Shown: in pieces, positions 9,983-19,961 of the stretch | Numbering within the stretch: the first letter of the stretch is position 1 | Layout: each line of letters starts with the position of its first letter | Source: a virus | Lineage: Duplodnaviria; Caudoviricetes | Reading direction: 5' to 3' (one strand) | Length of the DNA: 64,000 bases | Virus record (IMG/VR): IMGVR_UViG_3300038679_000051 | Span: 192,001 to 256,000 of that record | Translations under genes and position numbers: made by a program | The notes under the pieces: model-generated | Databases searched by the model: none | What the model was told of the DNA's origin: nothing | The model's input: the letters and a program-made list of their open reading frames with translations, nothing else

Positions 9983-11811
9983 TGGATCAGCGAATCTTAG
10001 AGATTATTAGTAGGTGTCGTAAATCACCATTTTATTTTATGGAGAATTTCTGTAAGGTCAAACACCCAGGGGCTGGTATAATTCCAATGAATTTGTTTTC
10101 ATATCAGAAAGATTCGTTGCAGAAATTTCTACAACATAAAATGACGTGTTATGTCAAGACTAGACAATGTGGCATAAGTTCGTTGTGCGGTGCTTATGCA
10201 TTATGGTTAATAATGTTCTTTAAATCTAAGACGGTGTTAATTACGTCAATGGGCGATCGTGAAGCAAAAGCATTCCTTGAAAAGAATATAAAATTCGTCT
10301 ATAGAAACCTGCCGGAGTGGATGAAGTCCATTTTCCCATTTCCAATTGATAATGAACATGAATTTGGATGTGGTAGAACTGATTCAAAAATCACAAGTCT
10401 ACCGGCTGGCGACGATGTCCTGCGATCTCATTCGTCATCATTAAACATCATTGATGAATCAGCATTCATACGACAGATGGAAAAAATGTGGGCTGCTGGT
10501 TATCCTACGTTGACGCATGGTGGTAGAGTGATCGTGGTTTCCACTTGTGGAGGAATAGGTGGATGGTATTGGAACACGGTTATGGATGCTAGAGCCAATA
10601 CCAATGATTTCCATTTAATAGAAGTCAATTGGTGGGATATGGATTGGGTGATAGAATATGTTGATTCAATTGATGGGAAGAGACGGCGCATAGCGCCGAG
10701 AGATGGCATCAGAAAATCGACACCAGACGAGAAACCGATTTTTGGTGAATGGTGGTCACCATGGTTACAAGATCAATATCGTCAATTGCAGAGTAAAGGT
10801 GAAGCGCATAAATTCCGTCAGGAAGTATTGGCGGAATTTATCGGAACTGGTAATACGGTAGTACCATTACCTAAACTCAAACATGTGGAAATGTGTGTCA
10901 AGAATGCTCCTAAAAAACAAACTATAGATCGGGTGTCGTATTCAAATCCAGAGGCTAGCATTGAACGCACGCTCGATTTCGAGAATGAATTATGGATTTG
11001 GAAGACGCCAGAATATGGTTCCAATCAGAGATTAATGAACGGACAAATAATTGGTGATGTCGGGCATCAATATGTGTTGTCCGTAGATCCTTCGACTGGT
11101 GAAGACAGAGACCAATCTGCGATCGAAGTTGTTGATCAGAGCACAATGGAACAAGTGGCCGAATATGCTGGTAAGGTTGATTCCACAGTATTATCAATGA
11201 TGGCTGATTATCTTGGTAGATGGTATAATGGCGCTAAAATTTTGGTTGAGCGCAATGGTTATGGTATGGCAGTGTTGCAGAAATTACGCGATGAATTATA
11301 TTATCCAAATTTGTGGAGAGAAATTAAAAGCCCTGGTCATGCTTCTGATTATGGTTGGAAGACAACACCAAACACAAAAGCACAATTAAATGCACGAATT
11401 ATCGATGGCGTGGAGGATGTGACGATTTATTCAGCACGTTTATATAAACAATTGACTATCTATGTAAATCTCCGCAGCAATAAATTTGGCCATGAACCTG
11501 GAGCGGGAAACCATGATGACTTAGTCATGGCATTTGGTATCGTATTGGTCGGGATTGGTTCAAGCTCATCTGAACCAGTGATGGTTGTTAGGCCATCGGA
11601 AACTCCAGAACTGAATGATCCAGACTTGCGCATGAAATTTATGTCTGAGATGTCTATGATTGGTGGTACTAGAGCCATGTTGCCATTTGTCTCATCACCA
11701 TTGGGTATTGATGATGGTGATTTAGATAAATTTACTAAGCAATTAGTTGGCGTTCCAAAACCATTGAAGATGGTTGTCGACAAAAAGAATATGCTACCGC
11801 CAAAGAAATAA
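9982..11811 (+). CDS. terL: Terminase large subunit (T4 gp17-like)
   Basis: KTRQCGIS Walker A, IIDESAF Walker B, VSTCGG, QEVLAEF, VDPSTG nuclease Asp, VERNGYG, HDDLVMA. Confidence 0.95.
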   Translation: MDQRILEIISRCRKSPFYFMENFCKVKHPGAGIIPMNLFSYQKDSLQKFLQHKMTCYVKTRQCGISSLCGAYALWLIMFFKSKTVLITSMGDREAKAFLEKNIKFVYRNLPEWMKSIFPFPIDNEHEFGCGRTDSKITSLPAGDDVLRSHSSSLNIIDESAFIRQMEKMWAAGYPTLTHGGRVIVVSTCGGIGGWYWNTVMDARANTNDFHLIEVNWWDMDWVIEYVDSIDGKRRRIAPRDGIRKSTPDEKPIFGEWWSPWLQDQYRQLQSKGEAHKFRQEVLAEFIGTGNTVVPLPKLKHVEMCVKNAPKKQTIDRVSYSNPEASIERTLDFENELWIWKTPEYGSNQRLMNGQIIGDVGHQYVLSVDPSTGEDRDQSAIEVVDQSTMEQVAEYAGKVDSTVLSMMADYLGRWYNGAKILVERNGYGMAVLQKLRDELYYPNLWREIKSPGHASDYGWKTTPNTKAQLNARIIDGVEDVTIYSARLYKQLTIYVNLRSNKFGHEPGAGNHDDLVMAFGIVLVGIGSSSSEPVMVVRPSETPELNDPDLRMKFMSEMSMIGGTRAMLPFVSSPLGIDDGDLDKFTKQLVGVPKPLKMVVDKKNMLPPKK

Positions 11812-11967
11812 ATTATCTATCATAGTTTATCAGAGGAATTGAATATCCACACAAATTAAAATCTAATTTAAAGGCATGTTAGAAAGGTGGTGTGCATAAT
11901 TATATATAGAGGAAGACTGATATGCAGATTGGATTAATTTTGTCTTTTTGTCACTAGATAGTGAGGG

Positions 11968-13710
11968 ATGAAAATGAGTTGGCAACTTTTTGATAGATTG
12001 AGGGCGCTGTTTAAGCAGGGTAATATATATCGACAAGACCAATTACATCAAGACCAAGTCGATATTGAGAGACTAACAACAGGCAAGAATTCACTTAATT
12101 TAGCTACATATGGCGTATTGCTTGAACAGACCAATTTACAGATCAATCGTCTTGAGCGTTTTAAAGATTATGACCAAATGGATGAAATGGGTGAGATTTC
12201 AGCATCACTCGATATGTATGCCGACGAATCGACATTGATTGATCCTGAATATAAACATAATGTCATGATCAGGTCGAAATATGCTAGAGTTAAGAGTGAA
12301 TTGTCCGATCTATTTTATTCCACATTATGCGTAGATAGTGTACTCCGTTCATGGGTCAGATATTTATGTAAATATGGTGATTTACCACTTGAAATCGTGC
12401 CAACTAAGAACAGGGATGGGGTTGCATCAGTCAGATTTCTGAATGTCTATAATTTCTCACGAGTTGAAACCAAAAAAGGGGATTTGATCGGTTTCTTTTA
12501 TCAAGACGAAGGTGACACACAACCTACGTTTATGCATCCATGGCAAGTAGTACACATGCGACTTGATTCTCTTGAAAACATATTCAAACCATATGGCAGA
12601 AGCATTTTAGAAGGTGGTCGTAAAGATTTTAAACGTCTTCGCCTGATGGAAGACGCTGCATTGATATATCGGATTACTCGTGCGCCTGAACGGCGAGTGT
12701 TTAAAATACCAATTGGTGAAATACCGGCACAGCAAGTCCCTACATATATGGAAATGTTCGCCAGAAACATCAAAAAGCGTAGGTTTTATAATCCATCTAC
12801 TGGGCAAATTGATGAACGGTGGTCACCATTAATCCAAGAGGATGATTATTATCTACCAAGAAGACCAGATGGCACTGGGCCGGAAGTCGACACGTTGCCT
12901 GGTGGTGAGAATTTAGATCAAATTGCGGACATTGAATATTTTAAGAAGAAGATGATATCGGCTATGAAAATACCGTTTTCGAGAGTAGGGTTAGGAGATG
13001 CTGGAGAAGATGGACGTCAATCATTGTCCCAAGTTGCACCAGAATTTGCAAAAGCCGTGCAATATGTTCAACGGGTCACTGCGATTGGATTGCAGAAGAT
13101 TGGATTGGTACACCTTGCATTAAAGGGGATCTCGGTAAATGAAATGAAACGAGTGGAATTATATCTTCCGGCATCATCTGCAATTGATGAATTATATCGA
13201 ATAGAGAAATGGGCGACTAGGGCGGATGTCATTGCTAATTTGAAGGACACTGGATTATTCGATCCAGTATGGATATTAAGAACGTTTACTGACATGTCTG
13301 AAGATGAGATAGTAAAAATGCAAAAGAATATGAAATCATTGCCTGAGGAGCCAGCACTTGGTGAGATGCCTTTGCCTGAAGGCGTGGAAATAGACCAAAG
13401 GGTCATTGCTGAATCGAAAAAATTAGACTCTGATTATGGAATCTTTAAAGAGCGGATGAAACGAGTGATGAATGAGGAGGAAATTACCTCCAACATGTTG
13501 GTGAACATGATCAACAATAATGAACTAGATGGATTAAAGAAAGATGATGAAATCCTGCTTGAACACAACATCGATCGAGTATCGATGCTCGAAATAATCA
13601 AAGAGTGTAGAGAATCGTTTATAAAAGAACGTAATGAATTTATAGAGAAACAAACCAAGGCACAATCCATAGTGCAGGATGAAATAACAGAAACTGACAT
13701 ACCTTCATAA
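11968..13710 (+). CDS. Portal protein (T4 gp20-like)
   Basis: YGRSILE, LRLMEDAALIYRITRAPERRVF, EDDYYLPRR, TLPGGENL, DIEYFKKK. Confidence 0.95.
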   Translation: MKMSWQLFDRLRALFKQGNIYRQDQLHQDQVDIERLTTGKNSLNLATYGVLLEQTNLQINRLERFKDYDQMDEMGEISASLDMYADESTLIDPEYKHNVMIRSKYARVKSELSDLFYSTLCVDSVLRSWVRYLCKYGDLPLEIVPTKNRDGVASVRFLNVYNFSRVETKKGDLIGFFYQDEGDTQPTFMHPWQVVHMRLDSLENIFKPYGRSILEGGRKDFKRLRLMEDAALIYRITRAPERRVFKIPIGEIPAQQVPTYMEMFARNIKKRRFYNPSTGQIDERWSPLIQEDDYYLPRRPDGTGPEVDTLPGGENLDQIADIEYFKKKMISAMKIPFSRVGLGDAGEDGRQSLSQVAPEFAKAVQYVQRVTAIGLQKIGLVHLALKGISVNEMKRVELYLPASSAIDELYRIEKWATRADVIANLKDTGLFDPVWILRTFTDMSEDEIVKMQKNMKSLPEEPALGEMPLPEGVEIDQRVIAESKKLDSDYGIFKERMKRVMNEEEITSNMLVNMINNNELDGLKKDDEILLEHNIDRVSMLEIIKECRESFIKERNEFIEKQTKAQSIVQDEITETDIPS

Positions 13711-13773
13711 TTTTTCGCAAAAATATTTTTGTTAGATTGTGGATACAGAACCCATCAAAAAAGGAGAACCAAA

Positions 13774-16137
13774 ATGTCTGTGAATCAGAAGAAAACGACA
13801 TCCGCAATTACGATGGATGCTCGTAAATTCCTGCACGGAATCAATGAATCTGCACAAGCGAAAATTGTCTTTTTCGAGAGATTGATTAAGAAACTCGGTG
13901 ATGCACAACAGAAGAATTGGAAATTAGTAGCGTTACATCCGAATGAACTGATGTTCGAAGACGTTGACACTCACGTTTATTGTCAGGCGACGATCAAGCG
14001 TGATAAAGGCGGCAAATTGTCAATTGAAGACATCAAGAAGATAAATGTCGTTGAAGAAAAGAAAGAGCAATTGTTCAACCAATTTTGCACTGAATTGGTT
14101 GAGGCAATATCCGAAGACAATCAACACAAAGCCGAAGTCGCATTCAACAAGATCGAATCATGTCGTTTTCGGCCGAATGTAATACCACACAACGGACACG
14201 TTAGAACGCGTGATGGTCGCACGCACTATGTCCCGGTCATTGAATCCGTGGTGGCCGAAGACAAGAAATCAATCATCGTTGCTGCGGCGGTTAAGGCACT
14301 CAAATCTGATGTGAAAATGAGTGAAGGTAGATTGGTATCTGCAACTATCGTCGAAGCGAATGACAAGAAAACCATTACGTTGCCAATAGACGAACTCGTG
14401 CGTCGGCGCGTAGTGGCGAGGAACATGCGGGCTGTTGCTGAGAATGCCTGGAAACAACAGGAATTTCAGGAACATGTTCAGACGATCGCTGGGCTTATAA
14501 GTGAATCGAAAATTACCGAATCAGTCGAATATGCGGCGAAATTTCTGAATGAATACCAGGAATTTTCATTGTTGGACAAAGCAGAGACCAAGAAATTAAT
14601 CGAAAACGCGTTGATTTCGACTGGATGTTTCAATTCAGCATTAATCGAAGATTGTAGCGTCTTGTTTTATAAGACCAATATGAAGATCAATCGTAATGAC
14701 ATAATTGAATCATGGCAAAAAACTGCAGCCAAGACAGAATTTGCTCCTCTTATTTCAGAAGTAAACAAATTAGCGGAATCTAAGAGTTTTGATGAAGATT
14801 ATGGTGCGTTTCTCAAGAACGTATTTATGGAAGCAGCTGACGTCAAAGAAGTTCGTCGGTTAGCCTATTTGAATAGCATGAAATTGATTCGTAACGTAAT
14901 CGACGTTGAAGATGACATCGTTGCAGACCAGTTACAAGACCTAATTGATCGACTGGAGACTCCAGAAGTCGATGATGCAACGCTTCGTGAAGCAGAAGAT
15001 CTATTGGCATCAATATCCGAAGAATTAATGCAAGCCGTTTCTACGTTGGATGATTTTGATAAGATGCCGGGTGAAGACGAGGAATTGCCAGAAATTGAGC
15101 CTGAACCAGAAGTCGAACCAGGGGCCGAACTTGAAGCTCCGGAAGGTGAACCTAGTGGGACCATCGAAACTCCGCCTGAGGCTCCAGCTGCAGCTCCTGA
15201 ATTAGAAGTTCCAGAATCAGTCGATGCGTCTAAAATCATCCCAATTTCGGAAATGAATGAAGATAAACTTGTTGAGGAATTAGCCTGCTGGGAAAAGAAT
15301 CATGAATTGTATGTTACCGAAGATGGCATTAAGGATTGTATGAAACAACTTAATGAATATATTGATCGTGCAGAGACTATCAATTGTCAATCTTTGGCCG
15401 AAAAGTTTAGATCGATGCGTGATCAACATTCAGTAATCAGCGAGAAGCAATATTTTGGGATGCCAAGTTTGAAGAAACCGGCAACCAAGATTAAATCAGA
15501 TTATAAGAAGGTGAATGGCGTATCGCAAATGACTGGTAGTAATCAGAAGGGTGAAGGGCACAAAATGGACGCAGAAGGAACTGCAATCGGTAGTGGGAAA
15601 CTCAAAGATGCTGGCCATGAAATGGATCGCGTTGATGGGAGCGTTGGTGACCAACACCCAGCCACAAAAGCGAAAGCCGCTGGTGAAGCTGTTGTGACTC
15701 ACAAAAACGATCATCCTGCCAACAAAAAAGGCAAGGGTCCAGCAGTTAAGGGTATCGCTGAAGCCATAGAAGGAAAAGCTTGTGAATGTGGTGCGCCGAT
15801 TGGCGAGGATGAATTGTTATGTCCGAAATGTAAAGGTGCTGGAAAAGCACCAGATGTTAAAAGCGCCGGGACGTCAAACAAATCTGACATTAAATCCGAA
15901 TGTACATGTGAATGTGGTGCGATGATGGAATGTGATACACAGGTTTGTCCGAAATGTGGCGCACAAAGAATGTCTGAAGACCAAATTAAAGACCCGAAAA
16001 TTCCGGGTATTGGTTTGAAGAGATCGGCAATTGCAAAAGAAAGTGTCGATGATGACATCGATCAAGCTTTAGCGGAAGTTCTGAAGAATTGCAGCGAAGA
16101 AGATAAGAAAGTGAATAAAGAAGGCAACAAAGAATAG
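13774..16137 (+). CDS. Large acidic prohead-core/internal head protein with two C-terminal Zn-ribbons (putative)
   Basis: Between portal and prohead protease; many (I/L/V)-x-E sites; CECG..CPKC motifs twice; AAGGAG RBS. Confidence 0.55.
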   Translation: MSVNQKKTTSAITMDARKFLHGINESAQAKIVFFERLIKKLGDAQQKNWKLVALHPNELMFEDVDTHVYCQATIKRDKGGKLSIEDIKKINVVEEKKEQLFNQFCTELVEAISEDNQHKAEVAFNKIESCRFRPNVIPHNGHVRTRDGRTHYVPVIESVVAEDKKSIIVAAAVKALKSDVKMSEGRLVSATIVEANDKKTITLPIDELVRRRVVARNMRAVAENAWKQQEFQEHVQTIAGLISESKITESVEYAAKFLNEYQEFSLLDKAETKKLIENALISTGCFNSALIEDCSVLFYKTNMKINRNDIIESWQKTAAKTEFAPLISEVNKLAESKSFDEDYGAFLKNVFMEAADVKEVRRLAYLNSMKLIRNVIDVEDDIVADQLQDLIDRLETPEVDDATLREAEDLLASISEELMQAVSTLDDFDKMPGEDEELPEIEPEPEVEPGAELEAPEGEPSGTIETPPEAPAAAPELEVPESVDASKIIPISEMNEDKLVEELACWEKNHELYVTEDGIKDCMKQLNEYIDRAETINCQSLAEKFRSMRDQHSVISEKQYFGMPSLKKPATKIKSDYKKVNGVSQMTGSNQKGEGHKMDAEGTAIGSGKLKDAGHEMDRVDGSVGDQHPATKAKAAGEAVVTHKNDHPANKKGKGPAVKGIAEAIEGKACECGAPIGEDELLCPKCKGAGKAPDVKSAGTSNKSDIKSECTCECGAMMECDTQVCPKCGAQRMSEDQIKDPKIPGIGLKRSAIAKESVDDDIDQALAEVLKNCSEEDKKVNKEGNKE

Positions 16138-16149
16138 ATCGGGAAAATA

Positions 16150-17247
16150 ATGGTCATTACACACAATAATAAAAAAGCGTTGGTGTTGCATAGCGATGAT
16201 AAATTTCATTATTTGTTTTATCTTGAAAAAGGAACAAATAAAACTAAAATAGTTACAACTAAGAAGGCGAAGGAGGAACCAAAATCTAATTTAATATCAA
16301 AATCTGACACTGAATCAAAACATCTTGGACCGAGAGAACGAAATTTTATCGCTATGTATCTACACACGGTGAAGCATATACCTATGTCTGATGTTGTAAC
16401 ACAAATTGCGAATGTCGATCCAGAGGAATTGTTGCGTATATATAATGAAATCTCTAACAAATATGCAATAATCGGTAATCGTGTTATAACTAAGGAATTG
16501 AAAACAAAAGAAGATAAGTTAGCTAAAGTAATTGCGAGCATGTCATTTCAGGAATTAATTGCATTAGATATCAAAGAGATTGAAGATTATATCAAGGATG
16601 GCAAGGTTGAATTTTTCGACGCCCTAGTTATTGTCGAAAAATTAAGTGAAGAGCAAATAGATTACTATTTAGAATTATATGGGAATGGAATCAGAGAAGA
16701 GAGAGAAGTGCCTGATTGGCTACAAGCAGCGCGGCATGGTAGTTCAAAACCTGTGGCTGAACCTGTGGCTGAACCTGAGATAACAGGGGTTGGGAAATTG
16801 GGGCTTGGTGATTTAATAGCCGCACCTGGTGCTGATGGTCGTCCATATGCGGCAAAAGTATTGAAGATTAAGGGTGCTGGAGGATTTTCGGTAGAAGTCA
16901 AGCCACCCACTGAATATGTCGTTTCGGGATCCAAACCAAAACTTGAGAGAAGGAGCATATCAAGTGGTTCGGTTATTGTAGAAGTTGTCCCATTGAGTGT
17001 CGAAAGTATTGTACATAAAAGTGCCTCAACTATTCCTGTCAGGCAAATTATTTATAAGGATGGCGAAAGTGTGCCACTATTGACGGTAGTTCCGAAGGAT
17101 AAAATACAAATGTCCGGTAAATCAGACGTAAGCGTATCTGCACCAGGGGAACGTTTTGTCAAACCATTACATAAGACTGAACAAGAGGCCATTGCTGATC
17201 GTGCGGCAGAAAAACGTGCAGCAAGGGAACGCGCAAAGGGAACTTAA
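16150..17247 (+). CDS. Hypothetical protein in head module
   Basis: 365-aa ORF; short EPVA repeat; beta-rich C-terminal part. Confidence 0.65.
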   Translation: MVITHNNKKALVLHSDDKFHYLFYLEKGTNKTKIVTTKKAKEEPKSNLISKSDTESKHLGPRERNFIAMYLHTVKHIPMSDVVTQIANVDPEELLRIYNEISNKYAIIGNRVITKELKTKEDKLAKVIASMSFQELIALDIKEIEDYIKDGKVEFFDALVIVEKLSEEQIDYYLELYGNGIREEREVPDWLQAARHGSSKPVAEPVAEPEITGVGKLGLGDLIAAPGADGRPYAAKVLKIKGAGGFSVEVKPPTEYVVSGSKPKLERRSISSGSVIVEVVPLSVESIVHKSASTIPVRQIIYKDGESVPLLTVVPKDKIQMSGKSDVSVSAPGERFVKPLHKTEQEAIADRAAEKRAARERAKGT

Positions 17248-17251
17248 GCAT

Positions 17252-17920
17252 CTACGATGTGTGCTGCATTATGTTGACCAATTTTTTCGATCTGTTTCCT
17301 ACTTGTTTATGCCATTTGGAATTGACCATTTCTTTTGCAGCTTTTCCATAATCACGAACCAACAATGCTTTCCGCATTTCGACGAATTTTGCCAGTCTAC
17401 CCGGTCCCAAATTATATGCCATGTCAATTATTATTAATTGGACGTTGTGCGGATGATCGGATAAATTGATAAAAGCGTTTGCATGTTGTCTTGCTGTTCT
17501 TACGTCTCCTCTAAATAAGACATCAATGTCTGTGTTTGAAAGTCGCTGACCCTTCATGATGTCATTTATGTCATATCCAAGTTTTTCTAATTTTTCTGCG
17601 GCATCGGGTCGTTTCAAATTAAAACCGACGCCAATAGTTGGAACACCCATCGTGTCCAAATAGACTTTATCTCTTCTTCCTTCGTGTGGTTCGATAAATG
17701 CCATCACCATATCATCCGACAATGTTTGTGTTTGAATAGGTAATTTTTGTGTTGATTGTGGTGTTGGTGTTGATTGTGGTGTTGGCATTGATATTGATTG
17801 CGACTGGCGTGGATGTGTGTCTATGTTCGTTGGCATGGTCAATGCAGCCGCACCAATCATAGCCGCATTTCTTATGAATTTTGGCCATGCTGGAGCTTCA
17901 TGTAGTTGGGTTAATTTCAT
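17252..17920 (-). CDS. GH24 (T4-type) lysozyme with N-terminal extension
   Basis: HEGRRDKVYLDTMGVPTIGVGFNL (E-x8-D-x5-T triad), DMAYNLG, SKWHKQVGNRS; Pro/Gln/Thr linker. Confidence 0.9.
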   Translation of the reverse strand: MKLTQLHEAPAWPKFIRNAAMIGAAALTMPTNIDTHPRQSQSISMPTPQSTPTPQSTQKLPIQTQTLSDDMVMAFIEPHEGRRDKVYLDTMGVPTIGVGFNLKRPDAAEKLEKLGYDINDIMKGQRLSNTDIDVLFRGDVRTARQHANAFINLSDHPHNVQLIIIDMAYNLGPGRLAKFVEMRKALLVRDYGKAAKEMVNSKWHKQVGNRSKKLVNIMQHTS

Positions 17921-17981
17921 ATGATATTTTTTATCAATGTAGGTTCTTTTGCAAATATATCGTTAAGGGAGGAGCAAACCA

Positions 17982-18590
17982 ATGGGTGGATTAATCTCTG
18001 ACATCATTCCGTTTGAAATTAAGAAATGTGATCGGATAATGGTGGAGGGCGCGTCAGGGTCGCGTCCAGTTACTAGAGTGTCTGGCATTTTCCAGCGTGC
18101 AAATGTTGTAAACGCTAATGGTAGGATGTATCCAAGGAAAGTATTATCTAAAGCGGTTGATGCTCTACAAGAGGCAGTGAAATGCCGATCGGTGCTGGGT
18201 GAATTTGATCATCCAACTGACGCCAAAATTCATATGGATAGAGCATGCCAATTAATCACCAAAGTGTGGATGGAAGGTGACAACGTTTATGGTGAATGTG
18301 AAATATTAGAAGACATGCCATGTGGCAAAATGTTGAAGACTTTGATTGACAATAAAGTGCGCGTGTCGGTTTCGTCTCGTGGCGTTGGCGACATGGAATC
18401 AATCAAAGAGGGAGATAAAGAATATCAAAAAGTAATGGATGGTTATACTATTGTGACATGGGATACCGTACATGAACCGAGCGTGAAGGGAACTGAGTTG
18501 AGTGTGATGGAAAGTAGAAATCGCATGCTCGATCTTAAGGTGCAATTCGAGCATGAATTGTTGGAAGAAATCAAAGACATGTTGAGGTGA
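17982..18590 (+). CDS. Prohead core protease (T4 gp21-like)
   Basis: NANGRMYP, LGEFDHP, VSSRGVG (catalytic Ser), WDTVHEPS. Confidence 0.93.
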   Translation: MGGLISDIIPFEIKKCDRIMVEGASGSRPVTRVSGIFQRANVVNANGRMYPRKVLSKAVDALQEAVKCRSVLGEFDHPTDAKIHMDRACQLITKVWMEGDNVYGECEILEDMPCGKMLKTLIDNKVRVSVSSRGVGDMESIKEGDKEYQKVMDGYTIVTWDTVHEPSVKGTELSVMESRNRMLDLKVQFEHELLEEIKDMLR

Positions 18591-18660
18591 TAAAATGGAT
18601 TTTAAAAGTAAATTATGCATGATTTTGGAAAAAATAACGATAAGAGAGGATCAATATAAA

Positions 18661-18759
18661 ATGCCGTCTGCAGCGCATCGTCTACGTCAGACGTCATATC
18701 GTTCATCATTCGGGAAATCACCGTCGTTTGGTGGTGTAACAAATGGAAAGGCGAAATAA
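18661..18759 (+). CDS. Small basic ORF (32 aa), not in ORF track
   Basis: MPSAAHRLRQTSYRSSFGKSPSFGGVTNGKAK with GAGAGGA upstream. Confidence 0.3.
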   Translation: MPSAAHRLRQTSYRSSFGKSPSFGGVTNGKAK

Positions 18760-18761
18760 CC

Positions 18762-19019
18762 ATGTCCATTAGAAATTATTTTGGAGGTGCTTCTGGTTAT
18801 TATGGCTCATCTAATAAGATGAATGGCCATAAAATGATGTGCAATGAATGGGCACCACAGCAACCGGTATTGATGGCAGTAGTCGTGAGACAGCCATTGA
18901 TGCAGTTGCAACCGCCGCTGTGTTCTGGTTTTACCTATCTTGATGGTACGTCTAGAAGATTTGGGCCTAGTCGTGGTTTTTATAAATCTCGATATTTTGG
19001 ACCGATTTCTCAATATTAG
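18762..19019 (+). CDS. Small Gly/Ser/Tyr-rich hypothetical protein
   Basis: 85-aa ORF filling the gap after the protease. Confidence 0.4.
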   Translation: MSIRNYFGGASGYYGSSNKMNGHKMMCNEWAPQQPVLMAVVVRQPLMQLQPPLCSGFTYLDGTSRRFGPSRGFYKSRYFGPISQY

Positions 19020-19024
19020 GGTAA

Positions 19025-19594
19025 TTATAGTATCTCTAGGATTTTCTTCTCATTAATCTCTGACAACCACACATATCTAAACCTTGGCATCAATGCATTA
19101 ACGAATGTCTCTTTTGCTTTTGCGCTTTTTTGCATTTCCTCTGTGTTTCTTCTAGCGTCAAGCAATATTTGTCCATCACTGTCGGGATAAAGGAGAACAT
19201 CAAATACGTAGAATGCTTCTTTATATCGTTTCTTATATGGTATGTTCATTTTGTCGAGAATTGGGTAGATATTTAGTCCCTTTTTCTTTATTGCTATCAT
19301 CATAGATATTTTGGTTTTATTATCATCGCTTCGTATAATTTTTAACATTTTTTCCTTGTTTTCTGATTTTGACCACCATTTCTTCATTCTTTGGCTTTTT
19401 TGTTGCCAGTCGTTTCGTGCGATAATTTTTTCCGCCAATTTTCTTCTATTATCTTCATTTTTAAAGAAATTTTTTGTGCGTTCAGAACATTTTGATTTTA
19501 ATTCTTCATTTGCATATGTTTTTTTAAGGGTGTTTATCGTTCGTCGTCGTCTACCATCGTTCCATTGTTGTTTTAATGATTCACTTCTAGTCAT
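19025..19594 (-). CDS. Homing-endonuclease-like protein (basic NUMOD3-like repeats + degenerate DUF559/Vsr-like domain)
   Basis: Lys/Arg-rich S..(M)KK.W repeats, then YPILDKMNIPY...FYVFDVLL...RYVWLSEI. Confidence 0.6.
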   Translation of the reverse strand: MTRSESLKQQWNDGRRRRTINTLKKTYANEELKSKCSERTKNFFKNEDNRRKLAEKIIARNDWQQKSQRMKKWWSKSENKEKMLKIIRSDDNKTKISMMIAIKKKGLNIYPILDKMNIPYKKRYKEAFYVFDVLLYPDSDGQILLDARRNTEEMQKSAKAKETFVNALMPRFRYVWLSEINEKKILEIL

Positions 19595-19853
19595 ATCTTA
19601 TCTGTCTAATTGCTTTTTGTTTCGGGCGTATTTTATGAAATATACAACCAAATGTGTCCTCAACATGCAAACTCTTGTTCCAAATCAGTTGACTATTAGT
19701 AGGCATCAATGCTTTGGCTAATATTTCACAGCGACCATTAGATTTATGCCATACACTTCTCCGGAAATGTTTGCACGTTATGCATTTTTTCATGTTAAGT
19801 GAAATACATCTTATTTGAGTAACATTTTCGAATTTCTTTTCCATATTTTCCAC
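19587..19853 (-). CDS. Small Cys-containing hypothetical protein
   Basis: CITCKHF...C...FGCIFH; coupled to downstream endonuclease gene. Confidence 0.5.
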   Translation of the reverse strand: MENMEKKFENVTQIRCISLNMKKCITCKHFRRSVWHKSNGRCEILAKALMPTNSQLIWNKSLHVEDTFGCIFHKIRPKQKAIRQIRYD

Positions 19854-19961
19854 ATTAACAAATATGTTATTAGTGTCAAATTTACTCCAGATGCCAGAAA
19901 TGGCGAAACCGATGATTGGTCGCAGTAGATGACTAAATCATCAAGACAAAGGAGAAACGAG

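Noticed and set aside
3456-11811. Inteins or introns in NrdJ, helicase or TerL
   Set aside because: No C/S...HN-C/S/T splice motifs or frame breaks; the TerL insertions are short loops of under about 50 aa.
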